Shown: positions 41,190-51,974 of the stretch, in pieces
Numbering within the stretch: the stretch's first letter is position 1
Layout: each line of letters begins with the position of its first letter
Assembly: GCA_043228905.1 (NCBI GenBank)
Contig: JBHGNT010000021.1
Location: 10,292,001 to 10,356,000, forward strand
Direction of reading: 5' to 3'
Length of the DNA: 64,000 bases
Source: Azolla caroliniana
Lineage: Eukaryota > Plantae > Polypodiophyta
Notes under the pieces: generated by a model
What the model was told of the DNA's origin: nothing
The model's database searches: none
Seen by the model: the letters and a program-made list of their open reading frames with translations, nothing else
Made by a program: the position numbers and the translations under genes

Positions 41190-42060
41190 AGTAATGATAC
41201 ACATTTAGTTGTTATTTAAGAGTACTAACCATAGGTGAATATACAATTAGTGTGGATGCACATGGTACGACAGTACTTAACATAGTTGAACGAACAATTA
41301 GTACCAATGCAATGGGTGGACAGTACTAAGTTATTATTTAAGAATACTAAAACATAGGTGAATTGACAATTAGTATTGATGCACATGGGAGGATAGTACT
41401 AAGTTGTTATTTAAGAAAACTTGACATGGCTTAATAGATAATTAGTACTGATGCACATGGGAGGAACAATACTAAGTTGTTATTTTAGAATACTTAACGT
41501 GGCTTAATAAACAAATAGTATCGATGCACATGGGAGGACAGTAGTTGTTATTGAAGAGTACTTAACACGACTAAATAGAAAATTAGTACTAATGCACATG
41601 AGAGGACATTAAGTTAAGTTGTTATTTAAGAGTACTAAAATATATATGAATAGCCAATTTGTACAAATGCACATTTGAGGATAATACTGAGATGTTACTT
41701 AAGAATACTAAGCATGGGTCAATAGACAATTAGTGTTGATGCACATGGGAGAACAATTCTAAGTTTTTATTTAAGTGTACTTAACATGGCTAAACAGATC
41801 ATTAGTATTCATGCACATGATAGGACAATACTAAGTTTTTATTTAAGAATACTAAAATATAGTTGAAAATGAATTTAGTACAAATGTACATTTGAGGACA
41901 TTACTAAGTTGTAGAAAAGATTACTAAACATCTTTTGAAAACACAGTTAGCTCTAAAGCACATGGGAGGACATGACTAAGTGGACTACAAAGAATACGAA
42001 AAACAGGTGATTACACAATTAGTGCTGATGCATATGGGAGTACAATACTAAGTTGTTAAA
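41190..42060. repeat. ~72-bp minisatellite, about 12 diverged copies
   Basis: GATGCACATGGGAGG and TACTAAGTTGTTATTTAAGA recur, e.g. at 41378, 41450, 41523, 41738, 41810, 42027. Confidence 0.9.
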
Positions 42061-42517
42061 TCTGAACACTAATGAAAGGATGCTTGGCACATAGGATACA
42101 CAAATTACAAGATAAAAACTAAAGAGAGAAAAATCCTCCCATCTTACTAGGTCCTTGATATTCTAAAATGGTTCAAAAAATGAGGAGTAAAAGATCTTTT
42201 GGAGCTTCTAAGGGATGTATGTTATAAAGTACGTGGTCATCAAGGATAAATTACAATAAGACTAAGGATGAACTTGCAAGATGCTAAAAAATCTTTAAAT
42301 TGGAATATTGGGCCCAATGCAAGTTAAAAATGCTAGAGCATATCCAACATTCCCTCACGAGCTTTAACTCTTGAAGAGCCTTAACACTTCTTTGAAAGTA
42401 AGTTGATCACACAAGTTAGGTGTTGACGTAAGATCATGACATCGTCACCCAAGTATGAAGATATGCAATGAAAACCTAGTGGTGGATTATGGATATCACT
42501 TACTTCCCACATGCTCA

Positions 42518-45262
42518 TCACATAAGATAATTCACGAGAAGTATGATGATTTATTAGAAGGGTGTCATAATTGAAGTGCCATACTCAAATCTCCACCAAG
42601 GAGGGTGACCACATATATGTGTTCGTTATTTTCAAATAGGGGTCTTTTACCACAGAGTACCAATCCAACTTTGAAGGAGTCACTTACAAGCTTATATGCT
42701 TATCTTGTTCCTTTGGTCACTTTTGGCGTCCTCATGGATGATGAAAAAACTATTCTATTCTATATTCCCCTTTCTCTTTAATGCCCATCAAACACATTTT
42801 TTATGGAGATTTCGTAAAACACAATGGATGTTTGCCAATACGTGGTCACATCACTCAGTTGCAATACCATACAGTATGTACATAGTGTTTTCCGCACACA
42901 TTTATTGATATAGTTGTAAAGTTATGAAGAGAGAGAGAGAGAAAGAGAGATACAATTGCAAGGCTGGAGAAAGCTTGCATGCAAGCAAGAGTGTGTTATG
43001 GGCTCACCTAACTTCCTCAAAAAGCAGCCAAGGTTATACAGACAGACAGAGAGAGAGAGGAAGATCTATGTATATATATATATATATGTATGTATACATA
43101 CATACCTACATATATATGTATGGGAGAGGTATAGAGATGATCCGGCGATGGTTGTTGTAAAGGCGCCCTCCTGCTTCTTCTTCTTCTTCTTCTTCTTCTC
43201 TCTCTCCCCCTCTCGGAATGTGTGCTCGTTGAATGAAGGGGCATTTAATTGAAGCCACATTTGTTTTTCCTTTAAAAAGGTAGGATGGATGATAAAAAAA
43301 AAGACAACACCACAGTGAAAAGAGTGAAAAAGAAAAAAGGAAGGAGGAGATACATTAACGTCTTATTATAAAAAAAGACAACAAACACCACAGTGAAAAG
43401 AGTGACAAAGAAAAAGGGAATGAAGGAGGAGATACATTAACGTAAAATTGACCCATGATAAAGAGAACATTGAAGGCCAGGGCAACCTCTGCCATGCCTG
43501 TGTGTCTATTTGGGAGGAGGGAGGGAAGATGTATGAATGAATGAATGAATGTAGGTTAGGAAGGTGGAGTAGCCCCACCATTCATTCATTCATTCATTCA
43601 TTCATTCATTCATTGTTAGAAGGAAGGGATAGTGAGTGATACACACACAGACACACACCCACCCACTCACACATTGCAGGAGAAGAGCACAGAAGAGGTA
43701 AGCGGCGGAGTAGAAGAGAAGAACACAGAAGAGCCTAGGTAGCTAAGTATGATGATGATGAGAAGAGTTTATGTGGCGCTTCTAGTGCTGCTGATGATAA
43801 TGTTGTCGGCGGCGGCGATAGCATCCGGCAGTAGTAGTTACCTGAGCTACTCGTCGTTGACGGCTGACAGCGTGTCCTGCTCTCAGCAGGGCTCCAGCTA
43901 CAGCGACTGCAGCTCCGCCTCCGCTGCCAACCCCTACAACCCTTCTTGCACCCAATACACCACCTGCTACCACAACACCAACTAATCATCTCTAAAAGGT
44001 CTGTCTCTCTTCATGCTCTTTCCTTAATTCACTTACCCCAATTCCTCTTTTCAATGTAGGTTGAAGTAAAAACTCTCCAAGCTTTGGTAATGCTACCTAT
44101 GTGTGAACACTTCAAGTCTCCACCTTTTCTCTATGATGCCACTAATATCCATTCTATATTTTATCTCATTGTAGACTCTCCAATTATAATAGTGGTTGTT
44201 TTATATGTGAGTGAGTTAGGCACCACCTTGATTTGCCTATGTAATTTGACTATAGCTCTTATTCGAGCTGATTCAACATAAATAAGTTTATTTTGGATAT
44301 TATTGAATGTAGCATTCAAAAGAGATAATACAACAAGTTGCTACACGGTCCACGAAATGTGTAAATTTGTGGATTTTACGTTAAAAAAATCTCATTCTAT
44401 TCATAGTGCCCACACAACATTACACCTTCAGCAAACGCTGATGCCAAAACAAACCAAGTTAATGTTTATGAACTGAAGGGTTTCAATTTCTTTATTAAAT
44501 AGATACAGATTTTCATAGTGTCGCATTTTTCTTTGTCAGTGTGTGTTACACTACACACACACATTGGTTTGGGGCCAAGGTGGAAATGTAATACATACAT
44601 ATTGGTTTGGGAGCTGAGGCGGAAAATTAATTTGTTGAGAGTGTATAATTAAAGATGAGAAAAATGCCACTAAGTGGTGTACATAATATGTGTCATAAAA
44701 GTGGGAAATTAATTTGTTTCTTCTGGATTTCCGTAGGAATTATATTGTAGTAATGAATGTTGAGGTGTTCCCCATGTACATATTTCTATCCGTTTTGCGT
44801 ATGAAAGCGCCTTCTAAAATAGTTGTAAATGGGTAGGAGTTCAAGCTTAAGTTTCATGTAACAGTCAGGTAAGTTGGATGGTTGAATAATCTCTTCAAAC
44901 AGGTGGATATGATGTCCAGAGTTTAAGCTAGTTATTCGTAAGTTGTATCGTTTGGGGTCATCTCTCTTCTTAAATTGCTGTTTTTTTTCTTCGGGAGTGA
45001 AAGCTATCATTTAGAGGGGGTGGACAAAATGCAACAGAGAAGACAATTAGGTGATGAAGAAAGTAAAGGAGGAGAGAGGAAAGCTTGTAAAAAAAGAGGG
45101 GAAGAAAGTAGAGGAAGAGAGAAGAGAAGGAATGATCTAAAAAGGCGGGTGGAAGAGGTAGCCCTAATCGATATAACCCTAACCTTAGCTTAGGTAATAT
45201 TGGGGGCCCACAATATCAATATTCTTCACATATTTTGAAGTTGCTTTCGTGACATACTCGTC
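42518..45262 (+). repeat. Segmental tandem duplication, unit 1 (contains RALF-like copy 1)
   Basis: 42520-42830 matches 45345-45640, 42950-43330 matches 46220-46545, and 44020-45260 matches 50335-51525. Confidence 0.85.
43749..43985 (+). CDS. RALF: RALF-like secreted cysteine-rich peptide (copy 1)
   Basis: Intronless 78-aa ORF. Hydrophobic signal peptide, YLSY (YISY-like), four Cys in RALF spacing, GSSY..C and ANPY...C....C motifs. GC-rich coding island. Confidence 0.9.
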   Translation: MMMMRRVYVALLVLLMIMLSAAAIASGSSSYLSYSSLTADSVSCSQQGSSYSDCSSASAANPYNPSCTQYTTCYHNTN

Positions 45263-46542
45263 GAGAGCTTCTATATACATACTTTTACTATCTCTTTGGC
45301 CCCCAATTTGACGGATTATAGGCATTTACATTAATTCTAGCATGTTCATCACATAAGGTAATTCAAGGGAAGTATGATGAATTGTTAGATGGGTGTCATA
45401 CTCAAATCTCCACCGAGGAGGGTGACCGCCATATATGTGTTCATTATTTTCAATTCGAGGAGTTTTACTACAGAGTACTAATCCAACTTTGAAGGAGTCA
45501 CTTACAAGCTTATATGCTTATCTGGTTCCTTTGGTCAATATTGGCCTCCTCGTAGATGATAAAAAATCTATTCTATTCTATTCTCCCCTCTCTTTAATGC
45601 CCACCAAACACATTTCTGATCGAAATTTTGTAAAACAGGTTGAATGTTTGTGGATACGTGGCAATTGTACCATTTTAGTGTTTTCGAGACACATTTATTA
45701 ATATATTTGTAGATTGTAGTGTAATGGGGAAAGAGAGAGAGAGAGAGATTGAAGGCCATGTTACTAAAAGTATATGGATAGTTATAGCACAATTGTGGGG
45801 GGTCATTCACTAGAAATGTTTTGTCACCTTTTCAATGGGTTTTCATTGAAGGTGATAGAGTTTTACCATCCCTAGACTATAAGTTTGTGTTTGATTATTT
45901 GCGGTACTTGGGCATGTGGTATATATTTCGGAACTTGCGGAATGGTTTCTTATTTGATGGGCTTTTTGGAGTATCTTAACAGATATGTAGGATGAGAGGA
46001 AAGTTGATTTGGAAATTTTCACAATTATGTTGTATGGGAACTTTGTCCCCAGATGAGTTACATTTCTGTCGTTTTGTATTGCAACACCTTAGAAGGTTGC
46101 CCTTGCCACATCGCTACTTTTGAAGTAGTTTTGATAGCAAGGTTTTTTGTATTGTCATGATTGTTTTAATATAAACATACATTTATGAAAAAAAAAAGAC
46201 ATTGAAGGCAAAGGAGATATATAATTTCATGGCTGGAGAAAGCTTGCATGCAAGTGTATTGTGGGCTTACCTAACCTCCTCAAAAAGTAGCCAAGTTTAG
46301 ACACAGAGAGAGAAAGATCTATTTATATACATACATGATACATACATACATATGTTACTATGTATATACATATATGGGAAATGTATAGATATGATCCAAG
46401 TGTTGGTTGTTGTAAAGGCGTTCCGCTTCTTCTCTCTCTGAGTATGTGTGGACCTAACTCAATTGAAGCCACCTTTTTTTTCTTTAAAGGTGGATGATAA
46501 AAGATGACAAAACCAAAGTGAAAAGTGTGACAAAGAAAAAGG

Positions 46543-46618
<76 letters not shown>

Positions 46619-46679
46619 TGAATGCTTGTGCACCCCTTTTGCCTGTCTGTGTTTGGGATGTAGGAAGGGATAGAGACAC

Positions 46680-48690
46680 AGTTGTCACCCACCCTGGTTG
46701 CCTTTTGACAGCCGTTTTGACCGTTTTTGACAAATTTAACCGTATATGAAGGTTAATTTAAAAATGAAACTGTCAATCTTGATGGGCATATATTTTATAA
46801 AAACGTAAAAATGAAGGTTTAAATTTTGTTAATACCGTCAAATTTTGTTAAGGCCAAAATAATAGTATGGGTATTAGTAGTTACAAATTACAATTAATAG
46901 GCTATAGCATATAGTATGGGCTATCACTTTATACCAAGATTTATGTGATTTGGTTGTGCTACTAGAGGTGCCTAATATGCCTAAGCAACATGATTACATA
47001 TCTTATACTAGTAGATATGGAGGATATGAATTTTTGGTTGCCTTTGGGAAATATCTTCTAGAAATTCAAAGCTCAAACCTAATAAATTCCCCATACTACT
47101 CTTTGATGCTACATGAAAGTACTTGCAATGGATTAGAGTTGCACCTCATTGTGTATATTACATACTTGCAATGTGGTGGTTGTTGGCCTACGGAAATTGA
47201 ATATATGGGTTTGTTGAAAACTCCCAATGGTAAAGGTAGAACTATATTAAACATATTAAGCGATTGATGCCTCAACATGAACAAGTTGATTAGATAAGCC
47301 GTTGATAGTGCGTCATCAATGATTGGTAGTGAAATTGGAACAGTAACATTAATGAAAAATGCTATGCCAAATTTGGTTGGTGTACATTGTACATTGGTTA
47401 TTTTAGATGTATCTAGAGATATCCCTGAGCTCATTCTTGTAGAAAAAATTGCAAATAAGGTATATGCATGGGCTAACAATAGTACCAAAAGGACACATGA
47501 AATTTTAGAGCTCTTGGAGCAAATGTTATTGGATGCTCATAGACCCTTACAAATTCATACTATTCGTTGGTTGTGATGTGGTTAAGTCATGGAAAGACTA
47601 GTGAGTATAATGCTTGCAATACTTACTATTTGGAAGAAAGAGAACTTAAAAGAGTGGTATAATAAAGCTTATATCTATAGTGTACAATTTTGATTTTGTA
47701 TGATGGCTAATGTGTTGCATTTGATGAATATTTTGAGCTTGAAACCTCAAAAAGAGAATTTGGATGTAACTTCAATTGGTGCAGAAATTGGTATTGCTAT
47801 TTCTAATTTGCGGATGGAGCAATGTATTTATCCAAGTTCTTAAAATGTTCTAAAGTTGGGTTTTTTGGAAATAGAGGATAAAGATGGCATTACATATAAA
47901 CATGAACTATACTTCAAACAAATTCCCATGGATAAAGCAAGTCATAATGATAAGAATCTCAATATTGAAAAATCTAAGGGAATGACGCATTTATAGATGG
48001 ATCACTTGAAAGTTGTATTAAATTATCTCAAAATTATGTGCAAAAGATTATTGATGGAGTAAATGCAAGGTTCCTTGATTTAAACCTCTTCAATGCAACA
48101 AAATTATTCAGCCCATGCCATTATGCAGAGGATGATGTGATTAGGGATAATAAAGCAAAGACATGGTAACTTGGGAATTTTGATTTCTCATTTTCAACCA
48201 AATGTTGATGTCAATGCATGTCTTCAATTTTTACATGAAGCAAAGGCTTGTGAAATGGAACTCTATAGGTTTGTTGACACTTCACGTTTAAATTATGAAG
48301 GTTATACTATACGTGAAGCTTGGCGTATGTGCACGTTACTTTGGTTATTCCATCCAGTATTGCCTTTTGACGGATAACATTGCCTATCATGAGAACGGTA
48401 TTCCAAAAAATTTGCCCATCAAATGATGTTTTGTCAAAAAAAATGCCCTTCAAAAAGTAAATACATCGAATATTCATACTAAACAATATATTATACCCTT
48501 CTATCCTTCTATCCTTTGCATCTTTCCAAATTTCATATACACGCTCCCGTTGTATTTCTTCAATGTGTGACCCATTTAATGAGACTCACATTAAATCATC
48601 TAAATGTTCTATATTCAATCGATTTCTTTTCATCTCTTTGATGAGATTTTGCTTAGAGAACCCTCTCTCACACGAAACAGTGGTGGGCCA
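46680..48690 (+). mobile_element. Decayed hAT-superfamily (ZNF862-like) DNA transposon upstream of RALF-like copy 2
   Basis: YSLMLHEST (cf. FSLxxDESTD), DSASSMIG...NLVGVHC, TIRWL. The sequence is absent at the homologous position in unit 1 (~43630-43660). TIRs are imperfect. Confidence 0.72.
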
Positions 48691-48814
48691 CCCACACCCA
48701 CACCCACACCCACACATTGTAGAGTAAAGGAGGTGGAGAAGCTAAGTGGAGGAGGTTCTATCATAATCTTTTCTTAGTTACTCGCCATTGTTGGAGAGAA
48801 GAAAGAGTATAACG

Positions 48815-49069
48815 ATGATGATGATGATGATGATGAGAAGGGTGGTGGTAGTTTATGCAGTGCTGCTGCCGCTGCTGTTGCTAGTGGTGGCTGCGGCATT
48901 TAGCAGCAGCAGCAGCAGTTACCTGAGCTACTCATCATTGGAGCGTGACAACGCGCCCTGCACTCAGCCGGGCTCCAGCTACAGCGGTTGCAGTCTCGCC
49001 TCCGCTGCCAATCCCTACCACCATCCATGCACCCAATACACCACTTGCTACCACAACACCCACTTATAA
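48815..49069 (+). CDS. RALF: RALF-like secreted cysteine-rich peptide (copy 2)
   Basis: ATG run at 48815, signal peptide, YLSYSSLERDNAPC...GSSYSGC...ANPYHHPCTQYTTC. Paralog of 43749-43985. Confidence 0.9.
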   Translation: MMMMMMMRRVVVVYAVLLPLLLLVVAAAFSSSSSSYLSYSSLERDNAPCTQPGSSYSGCSLASAANPYHHPCTQYTTCYHNTHL

Positions 49070-49117
49070 CACACACACATATATACATATACATATATAT
49101 ATGCGTCCTGCTGCAGG

Positions 49118-49155
<38 letters not shown>

Positions 49156-50041
49156 TCTCTCTCTCTGCCTGTCCTGTCAACTAACATGATGTAACATGAA
49201 GAAGGTAACAGAGATATCCCCAACCAATACACTACACTAGCTACTTAGCCTCCAATTCTGAGATCCCCTCCCCTCCCCTCCCCTCCCCTCCCCTCCCCTT
49301 CACGCATGTGATGGGAACACTCACTATTCACACTTTCAGCATCTTGCATACTTTGCATTCCCACTTCCATCACACAAATGCTGAGTGAGCCACCATGCCC
49401 AAAACTAACTTCATTCCAAGAAGACTCTTTCTTGGCTTCACCTCCATCTTTCAAACTCTCGTTCCATGATTGATTGTATTATTCTCCAAGTCCTAACCAG
49501 TTCAAACAAGCCGTTTATATCCTTTCAATCCCTACTCTGCTCATAATTAGCCCCTACTCTATCCCTGCTTTGCGTTGATTTATCACTTCACTTCTCTTCG
49601 CGCTACTCCACTTCATTCACATTCAAGAGCAACCATAGCACATCTCACTGCTTCAATAGTTGTGGCTACCTCAAAACTTTCCATCTCGATGAATGTAAAG
49701 TCCCTATCCTATGTGTTACACAGGCTACACAAAGATCTAAACATTATTACGGCTTTCTTTCGGCAAGAGAAGAACGTTGTTCAGTTCATATACATATACT
49801 TCATTGTAATATGTGCATTTACTCTTTGAAACATAACATGTTTTATTGTGCAACGTGCATTCACATTGTGTTGGTTCTTTATCCACGCTCCGGTTATATA
49901 AGAAAAGTGTGTGCATCACACGCGATTGTAGAATGAATGGCCTCAATGACTCCTTCTCAACTCTTGAAATTGACTGTGTCTATTTATATATGTATATATA
50001 TTGTTGGGGGTAGATACCACCCCTTAAACTTACTTAGTTCA

Positions 50042-50231
50042 GCATAATTGGTTTGATTAGAGATTAATAGGTCCACTAAGTAGTTTACTATAAGTGGCAT
50101 AATTAATTATTGAATCTATGTATCGCTAAGTAGGCATAACTAATTTTGATTAGAGTTTAATAGGTCCACCAAGTGTTTTGCTATAAATGGCATAACTAAT
50201 TATTCAAACTATGTATCTCTAAGTAGGCATA
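50042..50231. repeat. Two-copy ~92-bp tandem duplication
   Basis: GCATAA...TTGATTAGAG.TTAATAGGTCCAC...CTAAGTAGGCATA occurs twice. Confidence 0.8.
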
Positions 50232-51513
50232 CACTTAGAGTTTTGTTTGTCTAGGTGTTTGGATGGAAAATCATTACATGCTGAAAACGTGGGTGGGGGG
50301 TGGACTCGGTAATTATCGAGGTCTCCTAGTGCACTTTCCTTTACTTATGCCAATTCCTCTTTTCAATGTAGGTTGACGTAAAAACTCTCAAGCTATGGTA
50401 ATGCTATCTATGTGTGAACAGTTCAAGTCTCCACCTTTTCTCTATGATGCCACTATCCATTATTATATATTTTATCTCATTGTATACTCTCCAATTATAG
50501 TGGTTGTTTTATATGTGAGTTCGGCACCACCTTGGCTTGCCTATGTAATTAGACTATGGCTCTTATTTGAGCTGATTCAACATAAATAAGTTTATTTTGG
50601 ATATTGAATGTAGCATTCAAAAGAGATAATACAACAAGTTGCTACACGGTCCACGAAATGTGTAAATTTGTGGATTTTATGTTTAAAAAATCATATTCTA
50701 TTCATAATACCCACACAACATTATGCCTTCAACAAAAGCTAATGCCAAAACGAACTTAATGTTTATGGACTGAATGGTTTTAATTCTTTATTGAATAGAT
50801 ACAAATTTTCATAGTGCCATTCGAATCACATTTTTCTTTGTTAGTATACACATTGGTTTGGATGACGAGGTGGAAAAGTAATTTGTTAAGAGTGTATAAT
50901 TAAAGATGAGAAAAAGTTGTCTATGTTTTGTTGATGCCACTAAGTGGTGTACATAACTTGTGTCATAAAATTGGGGAATTAATTTGTTTCTTCTAGATTT
51001 CCTTAGGAATTATATTGTAGTAATGAATGTTGAGGGTGTTCCCCATGTATTTCTATCCGGTTTGACTTTGAAAGTGCTTTCTCAAGTTGTAAATGTGTAG
51101 GAGTTCAAGCTTAAGTTTCATGTAACAATCAGGTAAGACAGATGGTTGAATAATCTCTTCAAAGAGGTGTATATGATGTCTAGAGTTTAAGCTAGTCATT
51201 TGAAAGCTATATCTTGTGTGGTTATCTGTCTTCTTAAATGGCAATTTCTTTGGGAGTGCAAGCTATCGTTTAGGGAGGGTGGTCAAAATGTAAGAGAGAA
51301 TGTGAGGGAGAAAGTAATGGAGGAGAGAGGAAAAGAGGAGGACAGGGGAAAAGGAAAGATCTCAAAAAAAGGAGAGGAAGAAAAGTGAAGGAGAGAAAAG
51401 AAGGAAAGATCTAAAAAGGAGGGTGGAAGAGGTAGCCTTAATCTCTAAACTAACCTTACCTTAGGTAATATTGGGGACCCACAACATTAATATTCTTGGC
51501 ATATTTTGGGGTT

Positions 51514-51970
51514 GCTTTCGTGGCATTATTAAAAGGCCTACATAGATTTGAAACATCTAGAAATAACACTTCAGGTAGATGTTGAGTTAGCTAGAATAGG
51601 TTGTCTTGAACAAAACACTTTTGTAGCTACAAAATTGATTACTATGCATGCCAAATATGTTGTGCATGTCAAAGTAGAAGATATGTTTGATCTCACTTCT
51701 AGTAGAAAACGTGTCTAGGATTAGAAAACATTGGTAAAGAAACACATGTTGATATTGTTATAGAGGGATTGCTTGGGAAAGATGACATGATTTCCAATGT
51801 TATTAGTAGGTATGTATGTTAAATCTGAGAAACTTGCATAATAAGCAAGAGAATGTTTTGATGGGTTTCAAGTCTGCACTATGATCGCCTTGATTGCTCT
51901 AATTTTAGGATGTGCAAAACATGGATATAGTTGGGAAGCACTACATTATTTGAACTAATGTAGCATGGAC
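51514..51970 (+). pseudogene. PLS-class pentatricopeptide repeat (PPR) gene remnant
   Basis: Frame-broken translation FVALLK...VELARIGCLEQNTFVATKLITMHAK...GKETHVDIVIEGLLGKD...ALILGCAKHGYSWEAL resembles PLS-PPR motifs. Confidence 0.7.
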
Positions 51971-51974
51971 ATTT

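Larger units (their letters stand above)
45345..51525 (+). repeat. Segmental tandem duplication, unit 2 (contains RALF-like copy 2, expanded by insertions)
   Basis: Collinear homology with unit 1, plus a hAT insertion and a ~1.2-kb extra segment after the CDS. Confidence 0.82.

Noticed and set aside
41190-42060. CRISPR array or coding repeat
   Set aside because: The 'spacers' are homologous to one another, and unit lengths vary (68-75 bp) and break any reading frame.
46323-46733. ORFs containing SLSLSL/ERERER runs (also 5681-6049, 32294-32811)
   Set aside because: Translations of (CT)n/(GA)n microsatellites.
48788-48814. Upstream TTG start for RALF copy 2
   Set aside because: Non-ATG start. 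The ATG run at 48815 matches copy 1 and directly precedes the signal peptide.
49245-49946. Possible gene fragment between RALF copy 2 and the duplicated downstream block
   Set aside because: Short ORFs with no motif I can recognise. Left unannotated.
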